NCBI RefSeq assembly: GCF_006345805.1
Contig: NC_042997.1
Coordinates: 95,046,001-95,110,000, forward strand
Direction: 5' to 3'
From: Octopus sinensis
Lineage: Eukaryota
Length of the DNA stretch: 64,000 nt
This document shows positions 14,693 through 28,774 of the stretch, piece by piece. A program made the translations under genes and the position numbers. The notes under the pieces were generated by a model. That model did not search any database. It was given only the letters and a program-made list of their open reading frames with translations, and was not told the origin of the DNA. How positions within the stretch are numbered: position 1 is the first letter of the stretch; the number at the start of each line of letters is the position of its first letter.

Positions 14693-16122
14693 TAATAATA
14701 ATAAATGATAAGAATAATAACACATGCATATATGCAGCGACCTTGTATACAATTTCCCTCTCTCAATTTCACCCACATTAGCAGTCGTCACCTGCGCAGT
14801 GAAACTAGGCAACCTGATTGCAAAGCGAGCTTCTTAATGAGACTTATTTACACGAGTGTATTTTTCGTTTTGTATATATGTGTGTGTGTGTTTGTTATAT
14901 GAATTTGTTACTAATTTTTCTTCAACATGAATTATTTTATCAGCGTCAAGTACTATTATTTTTGAATGAGTAGCATTTAACGGGAAGGTGCGTTGTTTCA
15001 ATGCCCGTATTTATTTTAGACAATTCTAAGCTTTAATCTTACAGTCTATATTATCTTTCATTCTCATAGAAATCCGCATACCCATGTGGTATTTTGACAA
15101 ATGAAAGCCTATTATTTGAAGTGTCTTTAACATCTTTCAATGTTCGAGAATACTGGTAGCAACACAAACACAAGTAAACAGCTTGAACAATATACTTCTA
15201 AATATTTAATGCAAAATTAATAATAGATATCTTTTATCTCTTGTCATAGTGGAAATCTTATAATATTCCCTAATGGCTACTAAAGGGCAAAATTCTAAAT
15301 TTGATCACAGTAGAAAGTAGAATCTTACAATGCTAATAATTTTGGAAAATACTAAACGACTGTGGCTTAGAGTGTATCAGTCATATTGAAGAAGATGGCA
15401 TAGATGTGCTACCGTCTTACAATTACGCATTTAATTATTTCAAAAACTGGGTAGTGATCTGAATGTAATTAATAAAAATGATATAATACACTCTTTCTCC
15501 TATGACATCTCAGTAGCCAAATCAACGTTCACAATTCTACAGTAAAATATGATAATATTTACGATCGATACATTCCCTATTTATGTGTTTGCTGTTGTAG
15601 AGAAATCTTTAAAAAATATACAGTCGGAATGTAAGCGAATAATTTGCGAAATATTTCTCAAAACTACATAAATCTAATAGGTTTTCCCGCAAACAGTAGC
15701 GTTACAAGTGAACAATAGCGATTTCGAAAAACATTCGAATAAGCTTTTGTGAACAAAGGTACATATGAACTCAGATATTGTACGTCATTTGTACAAGACC
15801 AGTATTTTCAGGAAGTGAACTCTATTGAATTGCATACCGCTGCATGACAGGTAAGTGTGTTATTGATCTAAGTGTGATAAAAATAGAAAGTGGAACCGGA
15901 TGATATTTGCACACGGAATATAATGGAAGCAAACAAACTCAGAAATAATGTTATTAGGAATCAAATTACATAATGTTTTTTTTTAATGCTTAACATGATT
16001 AAAGAATGTTCAGTGGCAACCTTGGGACCCGATGGGACACCGAATACGATGTGCTTACATACGAGTATTGAGATATATATATACACATATTCATACGTAC
16101 ATATACATACATACACACACAT

Positions 16123-16211
<89 letters not shown>

Positions 16212-17512
16212 TTAGAGAGAGAGAGAGAGAGACAGAGACAGACAGACAGATAAAATGAAGAAGCGTAAGCAAATATTTTAGGAGTATCATGAGCACTGAT
16301 GGATTCATTCAGATACTTTAGAAGCAAGCATTCCGTATTTGTGAAATTATTCATTTATGTTTTCGCTTCATATGAACTAGAATGTAGGATTCGATTTTGT
16401 CAATATATTTCTATTATGAAATTCGTGTCAGTGGAACAGTTTTTGAGGAGAGAGTAGAAATAGGGAAAATTATTAATTTTAAAAAAGTGTTTTAAGCCAC
16501 TGTAATATTTTTTTTTATACGCAACCATTTAATAATCTACATCTTGACATTTATAATACTTCAAAAAAATTGATACTTTTATAATAAAAACAAAATTGAA
16601 AATAACGTAAGTTAATTTTTTTCATGAAGCATTGAACGTTTTAAATTATAATCAGGATTCATATATTTGTATATTTGTTTATATATTCGTGTGTGTGTGT
16701 GTACGTTAGTGTGGGTATGTATGTATGTATGCGCCTTTGTATGTATCTGTATATATATATATATATGTATGCATATATGCATATACACATACATTGACAT
16801 ATATAAATATATGTATACATTACATATATATATATATATATATGTATGCATATATGCATATACACATACATTGACATATATAAATATATGTATACATTAC
16901 ATATATATATATATATTTATGTATTTATGTATATATATAATATACACACATACATACTACTATACATAACATACACGTACACTAACACATACATAAGCAC
17001 ACACCCTCACACACGCACACACATATATATATTTATATATATATATATATATATATATTAGGAAGAGATGTCTATGAACATATAAACATATATAATTGTT
17101 GTTCTATTGACAATAAAATTATGTGTGTTAACACGCTAATCATGAATCCACGTGCTTTAATTAAAACTGTAATTGTTATCTGCTTAATCTTATTAATCGT
17201 ATCACATTTTATTTTTCTAATTTCACTATTTCGTGATACTTGGCAAATATTGATATGATAACTACCCGTCACGCCGGCACGCTAACTTTATAATCGTTGT
17301 ATTAGTAAATTATAACATTCAATGAATGAAAATCATGGCGTGTACTTTGATTGCTTGTTACATTTCCCTATGTGTTTCTGCTATATGTAGAAGCAACTCT
17401 CTTTCACGAAATATTTTGAACGAAATGCTGATATCGCACATACACACTCCCCCATCACATACCCACACATACATACGCGCGCATACACGCACATACACGT
17501 GAAATAAATGTT

Positions 17513-17965
17513 TAGACGCAGGCGTGGCTTTGTGGTAAGTACTTTGCTTCCTAAGCACACGGCTCCGGGTTCAGTTCCACTGTGTAGCACATTGGGGAAT
17601 TGTTTCTATTATAGCCTCGGCCCGACCACAGTCTTGAGAGTGAATTTGTTAGATGGAAACCGAAAGAAGCCCCTCCCATATATATATATATATAGACATA
17701 TATATATATATATATATATATGTATATCTGCGTGTGTGTCCTTATGTCTGAGTTTGTTCCCCCACAAACGCTTGACAACCGATGTCGGTGTGTTCGTACA
17801 CGTAACCTAGCTGCTCGGCAAAAGAGACCACTATAATAAGTACCAGGCTTTAAAAAAAACATATATTTACTGGGTCCGGTCCATTTAACTAAAAACTCAA
17901 GGCAGTGCCTCAGCATGGCCGCAGTCTAAACACTGAAACTAGTAAAAGAATATACAGATAAAAGA
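17513..17965 (+). mobile_element. tRNA-derived SINE, family 1
   Basis: A box TGGCTTTGTGG, B box GGTTCAGTTCC, internal (TA)n. Homologous to 6693-7087. Confidence 0.9.
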
Positions 17966-18789
17966 TTAGTTACAAACTATTTAAATGCATTATTTCTGAA
18001 GTGATTTTCCTACAGACTCGGAGAAGAGAAACATGTACGGAAATGGTGGATGCCATTAAGAAACGTATTATGGAAATATAAAAAAAAGAAAACATGCTTC
18101 GAAACCTACATATTATAGCCGCCAATGATTTAGATTTATCGTAACTCAAATGCATTCCAGCTATGCTATTACATATATTTAGGCTTGGGATGTTACAATG
18201 GTGTAGAAGATGTGATAATGAAATAGTATTTGAGTGCAATTTTACTCCTAATTACGCAAGCGATGCAAATAAAGCTTTCCTATTTTGGCTTCCGTCTTCA
18301 ATATTAACGGTAGCATTGATATAATGCAAAACTTGAAAATTTGGGAACTAATATGCAGAACATGAAATATACGTGTATATATGTGTATGTGTGTGTGTGT
18401 GTGTGTCTGTGTCTGTGTGTGTGTCTTTGTCTGCATGTGTGTCTGTGTCTGTGTATGTGTGTGTCTGTGTCTGTGTGTGTGCGTGCGCGCGAAATCCTTT
18501 TGTGTTGTGAAATGCATTCTGGATCATTTTAGAACATAACTCCTGCAATGCTAACTCATTGTGTTCTTGAAGTAGTGCTCTAACCTGAGGATGGAGGTAG
18601 AGAAAACGATTGCAGCCAAAATGAAGAAAAGCTGTCGTAGACAGATAAGCGGGATCCACTTATTTAATACTTAAAAAAATATAAATGTCATAAAATGATA
18701 AGCAATTACAAATTTGTACACTTACAACACATATTCAACGTAAAAAAACACAAATAAAATTGATTTTTTAAAAAGTGTCCGATATATAT

Positions 18790-18843
<54 letters not shown>

Positions 18844-18889
18844 CAAATATTAGGGAATAAATCCAAATTTACAGGGAAAAATCAAATAT

Positions 18890-19123
18890 ATATTTCTTTA
18901 CTGCCCACAAGGGGCTAAACATAGAGGGGACAAACAAGGACAGACAAAGGGATTAAGTTGATTACATCAGCCCCAGTGCGTAGCTGGTACTTAATTTATC
19001 GACCCCGAAAGGATGAAAGGCAAAGTCGACCTCGGCGGAATTTGAACTCAGAACGTAACGACAGACGAAATACCGCTAAGCATTTCGCCCAGCGCGCTAA
19101 CGCTTTGTGCCAGCTCGCCGCCT
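18890..19123 (-). mobile_element. tRNA-derived SINE, family 2
   Basis: Minus head GGCGGCGAGCTGGCA...GAGTTCAAATTCC (B box). Near-identical to 26705-26926. Confidence 0.9.
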
Positions 19124-19246
19124 ATATATATATATATTTACAATTTAATAATAGGATAAGATCTTCATAAGAATTTATAAAGTAGCGTAAAAAACCTCAT
19201 AAGAGAAAAAATTCATCAATTTTTTCACTTAAATATATTTATATAA

Positions 19247-19383
19247 TATAGAGGGCATTATTACACATAAATGCCGCACGCTAGGAGAGACACTTAATTC
19301 AAAACTACTAAAATATTTTAGTAGTTTTGACTTTTAGAGTCGCTCCTAGCGTGTGGCATTTATGTGTAATAATGCCCTCTATA
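19247..19383. repeat. About 137-bp near-perfect spacer-less palindrome
   Basis: TATAGAGGGCATTATTACACATAAATGCC...AAAACTACTAAAAT|ATTTTAGTAGTTTT...GGCATTTATGTGTAATAATGCCCTCTATA. Confidence 0.93.
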
Positions 19384-19468
19384 ATATATATATATATATG
19401 TTACCTCGTCTGTATGACTAGCGATTTTTTCCCCTGTCTTCCCTTCTCGGGATCTTTCCTTCTCCTAT

Positions 19469-19503
19469 GTTTCCGACGAAGAGCCCCTCTCGAAACGTCA
19501 AAC
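19469..19503 (+). ncRNA. Minimal hammerhead ribozyme motif, variant core (CCGACGA+A)
   Basis: GTTT-CCGACGA-A-GAG(CCCCT)CTC-GAAA-CG-TC-AAAC. Stem I GTTT/AAAC, palindromic ACGT stem III, GUC site. Confidence 0.65.
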
Positions 19504-19613
19504 CCTCCTTCCCTTCTTTCCTGAGCGTCCAATAATGCTTTATTTGTTCCACGTCCTTGCGTTGTGGTTTTTTTGTTTTTGTTTTCTTGTTTGGATTAAC
19601 TTTATATATATAT

Positions 19614-19942
19614 GAGTACTCTGTTGGTTACGACGACGAAGTTCTCAGCTGATACGATCAACGGAACAGCTTGCTCGTGAAATTAACGTGCAAGAGGCTG
19701 AGCACTCCACAGACACGTGTACCCCTAACGTAGTTCTCAGGGAGACTAGCGTGACACAGAGTGTGACAGAGCTGGACCTTTGAAATACAGGTACTACTCG
19801 TTTTTGCCAGCTGAGTGGAATGGAGCAACGTGAAATAAAGTATTGTACTCAAGGAACAACGCGTTGCCGGGAATTAAACTCACGACCTTACACTTGTGAG
19901 CCGATTGCCCTAACCACTAAAATCACTAAGCGACACACCTTC
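19614..19942 (-). mobile_element. tRNA-derived SINE, family 3a
   Basis: Minus head has TAGTGGTTAGGGC and GAGTTTAATTCCC. Its 3' about 180 bp is shared with the SINE at 27207. Confidence 0.85.
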
Positions 19943-19951
19943 GCTATATAT

Positions 19952-20330
19952 ATTCTTTTCCTTTTATTTTTATAATTGCTTCTGTCATTTGACTGCGGCC
20001 GTGCTGTAGCACCGTCTTTAGTTGAATAAATCGACCCCAGGACTTATTCTTTGTAAGCCTAGTACTTGTTCTATTGGTCTCTTTATGCCGAACCGCTAAA
20101 TTACGGGGACGTAAACACACCAGCATCGGTTGTCAAGCGATGGTGGAGGGACAAACACAGACACACAAACATATACACGCACATACATATATATATACAT
20201 ATATACGACGGTCTTCTTTCATTTTCCGTCTACCAAATCCACTCACAAGGCTTTGGTCGGCCCGAGGCTATAGTAGAAGATACTTGCCCAAGGTGCTACG
20301 CAGTAGGACTGAACACGGAACGTTGTGGTT
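19952..20330 (-). mobile_element. SINE family 1, 5'-truncated
   Basis: High similarity to 6693-7087. The A box is missing. Confidence 0.88.
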
Positions 20331-21739
20331 TATATACACCTTACATGCTTCAATTGCAACGATTGGTAACCGTTGCAATTGCAACCCTTCTATGCAACTT
20401 GTGCAGTATCTTCAGGGTCTTTACTTGGTATCCTTCGATTTGGCCGTTTAAAGATTTTATCCACTCTGCGTTGTGGAATATAGAGCCCTCTAATTTAATG
20501 GACAGCTCTGCAATGCAAGTGCTAAATTTGGAGACCGTTGTGTCTTCTAATTCCAAAATGAAAATTGTCCATATACTTGCATTTACCGAAAATATTGTAT
20601 CAGAGATTAATGATGGTGGAATGAACGTGCGATCTTTCATCTATGCTAGATTCAATCATTTCGCCACAGTACTGAAATCCAAATCCGAAATGATATATAT
20701 CTACACACACTCACCCCCCCCCCACATTCGTACGTACACGCGCTCACACATGCGCATACGTGCACACGCACGCACTCACTCACACATATACATATATAAG
20801 GAGAGAAATAACGATTCATTAAGTATTGTAAAATATGGTAATATATATCTAATGCATTTATATGTGTCTTGAGAATACACGCGTATTTTGTGATTTTAGT
20901 ACATTTCATCATCTGAAAATTATGCTGCTAGAAATTATTCGAAACTGTCCTGTGGGAAAGTTTCAGTTTAATCGAGTTCCTGCATACAATTTTTTTTTTC
21001 AATCGTGAACATTCTACAATACCCAAATTCATGTATCCTGGAGCTGCAGTAGTTTTCCACTTTGCTACACACGTGCAGATACTAAGCTAATAATGCTATT
21101 TCCATCTGTCTGCATTCACTTATCAAATTATGCAAAGTCTAATAGTTTTATAAGCAAATATCATGGCTGATATATATTCAAAAGGCACACGATGCTGTTT
21201 ATAATTTTAGTTCTGATAGTAGAAACAAAACAAATGAAAATCAAAGTCAACGCAGATAATTTTTTTCGCAAATGATAGTTTGGCTTACAGTGCGTTGCTT
21301 AGCCATGCTTTTTAATTGAACTGAAGTAATTTTTTTTTTAACTATTACAATTATAGGTATTTATACTCCGGTGAAATTAAGACACCTTCAACCCATCAGT
21401 GTACACATACACACAACCCAATGACACCTTCAAACCCATCAGTGTACACACACACACACACACATTCACACACATACACAAACAAACACATATACAAACA
21501 CACACACATACACACACACAGAGTCGCTTATCTATGTATATATTTATATATGTATGTACCCACACGTGTCTATGCGCATAGGTACACCATGATCTATACG
21601 CACGTAGACGAGGTTTGATTCATATGAATGTGAACAAAATGATATGACCATTTGGTTATCAGGAAATTTATAAGTTCGATTTAAAAAAATAACCTTTCGT
21701 TTTCTTTTAAAGATAATTAAACCTAATGTTCATCATTTC

Positions 21740-21881
21740 GAGCCTATCACCCAATGAGCATTTCTGCTAAATGTGGTGAAAATCTGTTCAGCCGTTTTCC
21801 AGTAATTTTGCAAAGACACAGACAAACAGACAAAGACGAGTGATTACAATACACTTCTTTCGCTTCCGCGCGCAGGGTAAT
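21740..21881 (-). mobile_element. Helentron-associated (HINE/DINE-1-like) non-autonomous element end
   Basis: Minus strand reads ATTACCCTGCGCGCGGAAGCG..., a (GTCT)-type microsatellite, then AAAACGGCTGAACAGATTTTCACCACATTT. This is the DINE-1-like layout. Confidence 0.55.
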
Positions 21882-22886
21882 AGGGAGATGTTCAGAAAAG
21901 TTCAACAAGAAACCCTATTCAATAAATGCCCCCAATAATACAGAGCTATTATTAAATTTAGTTTTCCTAATTCAAAGTAATTATTTTAAAATACATATTT
22001 TCTGAACCAACACATCTTTCATGCGGTCGTCATGTAGATTAAAATAGAAGAGAATATTTGAGATAAATTGTTCTAAAAGTGATTTGTTATAGACTCTGCT
22101 GACACCAGACAATTTATAATTGCTTTTATATAGTATTTAATTTAGATAAATTTTGAAAAAAATCAATTTGAAAGTAAAAGAACAGTAAAGTGATATATAT
22201 ACAAAATGACGTCAATGCTTTTCTGAATTGATGTATCAATTCGAGCAAGTATGGACTTTAGAAGTGTTGAAGTAATGAGAGAACACTAATTCTATTACTG
22301 AGAAAGGTGATAATAATTGACACATTTTATAAAGAATGCAACATAAGATGAATATTATATGGTGTTGTGAAATTTCAAGATTTCTTTGCTAATTCAAAGA
22401 AAACAACGAAAAGAAAGCATGGCAAAAGAAAATTTAAAGGAACTTATCCATATCGTTGATACAATAATTGCTTTGATTTTCTAACCCTTTCCAGTTGAAT
22501 TTATGATACAGTCATTCACATATGTGCCGTCAGTAATTATTCAGGGTACCCAGTTGGTGCCCTTTGTGACACACTATAAATAAATATAACACAGGCCCTC
22601 GACTAAGTTGAATGCAGATTTACTTTTGCCTTAATAGCACATATAAAAAAAGGAACAATGTTCTAGGAGTGTACGCAGCATGCGTAATACTGATATGCGT
22701 AGCTTAAATACTGAGATTGAAAAGCAGGGACGAACTATGCCTGCCTAATCTACAAAAAAATAAAATAGCTTGCGTTTTGTGCAGAGTAATCAGAGTGACC
22801 TTCATAACTCTATTGAATTAGGTACATATTTTTCCATAAAAGGAAAATTTTGCTATCGATCTATTTTATTCGAAACAGGCACTGCA

Positions 22887-22985
<99 letters not shown>

Positions 22986-23054
22986 TTGGGGTCATCGCTG
23001 CATTTTGTGCTACTTTGTATAGACTTTGTTTCAGAAAATGATAATGGCTGACGC

Positions 23055-23345
23055 TCAGCGTATTCTACACTATCACACATGGCCCTAGTAATATAGGAAT
23101 GGTTGTTTGAAAATTTTCAAGATCACATAACCCCTAACATTTGGCCTCCTTATTCCCCACAACTTAATCCATTGGACTATTACATGTGAAGCGTTGTTGA
23201 GAGAAAGAGATCAATGAACACGCCCATAACATCAAAGATTCTTTGAAAGCTACCATAATCAGACTAATGTACAAAATAAACCAGGACCACTTAATTCGAG
23301 CATGTAGATGATTTAGATTTCATGTAAAACCAGTCGTTGAAGCTA
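23055..23345 (+). mobile_element. Tc1/mariner (maT/DD37D-like) transposase C-terminal relic
   Basis: [35 protein letters not shown]...HNIKDSLKATI...LIRACR*FRFHVKPVVEA, matching the WPPxSPDLNPLD motif. Confidence 0.8.
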
Positions 23346-23402
23346 CTAAATAAAGATATCCCTTACATATCTGTTATTTTTAAGAAAAATAAATCTTATA
23401 CA

Positions 23403-23523
<121 letters not shown>

Positions 23524-23731
23524 ATATTATGCTGTGTCTGGTGAGAGTCATATTATTTGAATGTCTTATTACGTAACACATTCAACGGTTCGATCTGCCC
23601 TCATTTATTTATATTTTTTCTTCTAAAATTTTCGTCGCTTAAGCAAATTTGTCAAGTGATTTTGACGCTCTCCGTTATGTGCATGTATTGTGCATATTCA
23701 CATGTTTGTGTATGTGTTTGTTTGTCTCTCT

Positions 23732-23816
<85 letters not shown>

Positions 23817-23974
23817 GTATATATATACATATATACCATATATTTATATATAATATGTATATGTATAATATATATATATATATATATATATAAGAAATAG
23901 CTATAACTCTTTGACTGCTATTTCTAAATTCGGTATGTGGTAAGGCAATTCGTTGCTAAACCCTTTATTGCTTA

Positions 23975-24065
<91 letters not shown>

Positions 24066-25024
24066 AATAGATGAGTGTATTTTTACCCTGGTAACAATTA
24101 ACCCGGAAAAAAAATAGTTAATGAATAGACATATAACAGCTATCATCAGTTAGAATACATTATCCGGAAGGTTATTGAATGTGAATGTGCTATGCTTCTT
24201 ATGACATTGTGAGTTGGTCTTCCAATGTCAACATAGTAATATACATTGCAAAGTGTATATTTTAACGTATCTGAGCATTTAATGCTTACAAATCGATGCA
24301 TTCTGAAGCCTGTTTATGTAACATGTAGATTCATTTATTATAAACTAGTATTATCATATATGCTATAATATACGAAGTTTAGCATGTTTTCTAAAATAGA
24401 ATTAAAATGATAGAACATGATGTTTCATTGGGTAATTTCTGTTATTATGCATGGTATTTCTATTCTGATATCGTGCTGGAATATTTCTTAAACGAGCTTC
24501 ACTTGTATTTTAATAATACATTTTACATCATATAACTACTGTTAATAAAATGATATTTTTTTCAAATATAATTATGTATCATAGCAATGAAAAAATATTT
24601 CTAAAGCTGCAGCACAATAAAAAAAAATCATCATAGCTTTTTCTGCGGTCCACATGAGAAAGAAATATATTACTATTTATTTAAATATATAATACAAGGA
24701 GCTTCTTACAAAAATTTCCCATAGGTTTATTTGACATTTAACTCACATCATTCATTTTGATTTTGAAGGAAAAAATAAAAATAGAAAGAAATATGCCATA
24801 CTATGCACTTTTGATATGAATACTTCAAAGTGGTTAAGAAATAAGAAACTATGACTAAAGATTGAAAAGGAAATGGCCTCCTTATATATGTGTATATATA
24901 TATATATGCGTATCTCTCTTCAATCTCTCTTCTCTCTCTGTGTCTCTTAACGCCATGATAAATCGTTAGCTCCTACACGCATTTTTTACTCTCCTTGTTT
25001 CTCTCCTTGTTTTTTTCCTGTGTA

Positions 25025-25062
25025 TCTTTCTGTCGAAGAGCGTAGGCTCGAAACGTAAAAGA
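25025..25062 (+). ncRNA. Minimal hammerhead ribozyme motif, variant core (CTGTCGA+A)
   Basis: TCTTT-CTGTCGA-A-GAGC(GTAG)GCTC-GAAA-CG-TA-AAAGA. Perfect stems I and II, GUA site. Confidence 0.72.
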
Positions 25063-25157
25063 CTTGTTCTATTTCTATTCCTGAGCGCCATACTAATACA
25101 TTTGTTTGTTTGTACTCCACCTGCCTTTGTCTTTTGTTTAATTCGTAAACCTTCACG

Positions 25158-25374
<217 letters not shown>

Positions 25375-25446
25375 GGAGTAAGCACATAAATGTGAAATAA
25401 GATGGAAAAAGATTACTCAAAAATCGGCCCTATAGTTATTTGAAAT

Positions 25447-25940
25447 TTACTTATTGTTGTGTTGGTTAATGAAAGAGGCGAAGTTTTTGCAACAAGAATA
25501 GCTGATCTTAAGCGTTCTTCTATTAAATATTATATAACACCTATGGTTAGGTTGAAAATGTCTAGAAACTAATTTTAAGAATTCTCTACTTATATTTGTT
25601 TTTACAGCCATATTAAAAGCTGGGTTTAACCACAAAACCCTCCTAGTCCTAGCCCTACGTGTTGCATTACTGCTAGCATTAAGTTAGTTATACTGTATCT
25701 TCTCAGAGGATCCACTATTCGTTAATGCCTTCTTCTAATAAGATGCAGCATTTTGAAATGCTGCCTCGTCCGAAGAAATTTACGATATTCGTCGACGTAC
25801 ATTACTGACTAAGTTTCTAAGAATAACTGGCGGATGATTGGATTTTTTGTTAATATAAGGTAGCTTATCATAAGACTTACGGTAAGGTTTGAATTTATCT
25901 GACAGTAAAGCTAAATTTATATCTAAGAAATCTACAGAAA
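25447..25940 (-). mobile_element. Penelope-like element (PLE) RT C-terminal/thumb fragment
   Basis: DFLDINL...KFKPYRK...YINKKSNHPPVILRNL...RRRIS...WLNPAFNMAVKTNISREFLKLV.RHF...IFNRRTLKISYSC. This is the typical PLE thumb/linker region. Confidence 0.85.
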
Positions 25941-26137
25941 CAGACAGAAACAAGGAAAAGACCACTTGTATTTGAACACTATACAAATATTATTTTAAAA
26001 AAACTTTTCTTTTAATTTTTCCAAAATTTAATTGTTTTCCATACTTACAGTTGAAAAAGTGTGAATGTCTGAAACCGGTACTGAATTTTTTTTTTAATAA
26101 AATTATGTTAGCATTTTCTATCTGGACATTTTTTTCC

Positions 26138-26198
<61 letters not shown>

Positions 26199-26704
26199 TG
26201 TGTGTGTGTGTGTGTGTGTATTTCGTCAGCGGATCATATATCCGAAAGAGAAGCACACTCTAAAGAACAGGGGAGTAATGTATTTACAAGCAGTTAAGAA
26301 TATGGCTGGTCATAGGTTGACCAATGAATGGTTTCTCATTCATCAAGCGCTCGGCCTTACAGATAACCCATCACGTTCCTCTTCAAAGTGGAAATAGATA
26401 ACCTTTACGGTTAGTTAATATGTAAACAAACGTTAAAACACCGTTTGCCGCATGATCGAGTTAACTCCCTTAGACCAGTTCAGACGGTAAATTTTATGGG
26501 CTTAATTGGCGAAAGCCGAGAAAAGGGAATCTCTGCTTCTAGGCTGTTTCCAGTCTGCGGGGACTTTTTTTCAGCACTTGTCGACAAGTGGGGAATACCA
26601 TTATTCTCTCATGAATATTTCATTGACAATTTTTCCTTTGTTCTGCTACGGCCAAACCAATATTGAACGTATAATAAAAATGCTAATACGAGATATAAAT
26701 AAAT

Positions 26705-26926
26705 TTGAAGGCAGCGAGCTGGCAGAAACGTTAGCACGCCGGGCGAAATGCGTAGCCGTATTTCGTCTGAGTTCAAATTCTGCCGTGGTCGACTTTGCCT
26801 TTCTTCCTTTCGGGGTCGATAAATTAAGTACCAGTTACGCTCTGGGATCGATATAATCGACTTAATCCGTCTGTCTGTCCTTATTTGTCCCCTCTATGTT
26901 TAGCCCCTTGTGGGTAGTAAAGAAAT
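26705..26926 (+). mobile_element. SINE family 2 with 14-bp target-site duplication
   Basis: TSD AGATATAAATAAAT at 26691-26704 and 26927-26940. B box GAGTTCAAATTC. Confidence 0.92.
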
Positions 26927-27206
26927 AGATATAAATAAATCAAGCCATGTCTGTGCCAGAAGCCTTCTAAAGGGTTAAAAATATTACACCGAACCAATCA
27001 ACCCCTCCAGAAAACGAATGCCTTTAATCCAAACGAAATTGTAGCAGTCAGATCTGTTTCATTTCTGTTTTGAATGCGGTTCATTTAGATAAAATGGTGA
27101 AAGTCACTCATTCCGGTTCTCATTCATTTATTCAAAGTATGTGAACTATTGCCAGTTAAAGAAATTCACATGTAAAGATTTCGCGTTATAATCACTGTAG
27201 CTAGCT

Positions 27207-27577
27207 GTGGAGACGCAATGGCCCAGTGGTTAGGGCAGCGGACACGCGGTCATAGGATCGCGGTTTCGATTCCAAGACCGGGCGTTGTGAGTGTTTATTG
27301 AGCGAAAACACCTAGACCTCCACGAAGCTCCGGCAGAGGATGGTGGAGATCCCTGCTGTACTCTTTCTCTCACTCTTACTTGCTGTTTCTGTTGTAACTG
27401 TATTTCAAAGGGCCGGCCTTGTCACTCTCTGTGTCACGCTGAATATCCCTGAGAACTACGTTAAGGGTTCACGTGTCTGTGGAGTTCTCAGCAACTTACA
27501 CGTTAATTTCACGAGCAGGCTGTTCCGTTAATTCGGATCAACCGGAACCCTCGTCGTCGTAACCGACGGAGTGCTTC
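27207..27577 (+). mobile_element. tRNA-derived SINE, family 3b, with 14-bp TSD
   Basis: A box TGGCCCAGTGG, B box GTTTCGATTCC. TSD CACTGTAGCTAGCT at 27193-27206 and 27578-27591. Confidence 0.93.
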
Positions 27578-27845
27578 CACTGTAGCTAGCTACTATCTAA
27601 GGTAGATGTTCAAATCATTTATAGTGAGAATGTCTGCCTTATACAAATAAGTATACTCGTATATTCGTAGTTTGGTTACTACGACTGACGTCATCACACA
27701 ATATAGATCTTTAACAATGCGACACACTTTGAATCAATTGCATTCATATTTGTGGGTGGGGGAGATGAGAATAATGTATTATTATCAACTGACAATACAT
27801 GTAATGCATACACATACGACAATGTTTGACATAATCATAGCTCAC

Positions 27846-28193
27846 TTTCAGTGATAATATATTTCTTGAGGTCTGCGCAAATTGTAAAGAATAAAACTAG
27901 CTAATTTATTATATTAGTACAATTTATTGAACTGTATTTTCTGCCTGAGGTTTTCTACGTTAGTTTGTATTACGCTTGTACATGAGAGAAAAAAAAAAGA
28001 AAATTATTAACCTGAAGTTATATCTTCATATAGGCAGAAAAGTTAAACAAAAATCCCTTCTGTATATTTAACAATAGTTCAAATGAAATATTTAGTTACT
28101 GTACTGCTTGCGTTTTAAATATGATATTATGTTATATATATATATATTATGTTATAAATAAATATATATATTATGTTATATATACATATATAG

Positions 28194-28242
<49 letters not shown>

Positions 28243-28774
28243 TATTCATACATACATACATACATATACTGACTTGTTTAGCAAGTGTATGTTTGGTGTA
28301 ATTGAGACCTCCCTCATACAATCACGATTGCGCTGACCAGAATGGGTGACGAAGGAATACCCAATGTCCTCATGTACAACGAGCTTGAGAACGGGGACAG
28401 GAATGTTGGTCGACCATGGCTTAGATACAAGGACAAGCTGAAGAGTAACCGCATAGAGACGAAGATAGCTCACAACACCTTTGAGCGAACTACATTGATA
28501 CAAACAAAATGGAGATCGTTGTGTCAAAACGGTATTAAATGGCTTCGGGGTGCAAGGCAAAGGAGAAAATCGGCTGCAAAGATACCACGTGCACTGACCT
28601 GTAGTTCTCAAACTTGCAACATTTGTGGCCTTCTTTGCAAATCCTTGGCAGGACTGAAATGACATATTTCACATAAGCATTATAACTGACAAAGAAAGAG
28701 TACTAATATCATAAATTAGCTAGTTTTATTTTTTACAATTTGCGCAAACCTCAAGAAATATATTATCACTGAAA
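27846..28774. repeat. 75-bp inverted repeat pair (27846-27920 and 28700-28774)
   Basis: The arms are reverse complements with 3 mismatches by eye. Confidence 0.92.

Noticed and set aside
15812-15850. 39-nt exon-like segment with a perfect CAG|GTAAGT donor
   Set aside because: There are stops in all three frames and no partner exons. It cannot be supported without RNA data.
16764-16915. About 78-bp tandem duplication within TA/CA repeats (also a small one at 21381-21449)
   Set aside because: Ordinary slippage duplication, with no spacer structure (not CRISPR-like).
20066-20872. Longest ORF (268 aa)
   Set aside because: It runs through an antisense SINE, unique DNA and a (CA)-rich repeat, with no domain motif. 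A chance composite.
27207-27285. tRNA-like sequence (also the other SINE heads)
   Set aside because: It has A/B boxes but no proper acceptor stem and continues into a SINE body with a TSD. Not a tRNA gene.
27846-28774. Inverted repeats interpreted as DNA-transposon TIRs capturing an RTE fragment
   Set aside because: There is no TSD, and the right arm interrupts the RTE UTR, which resumes after it. A templated insertion fits better.
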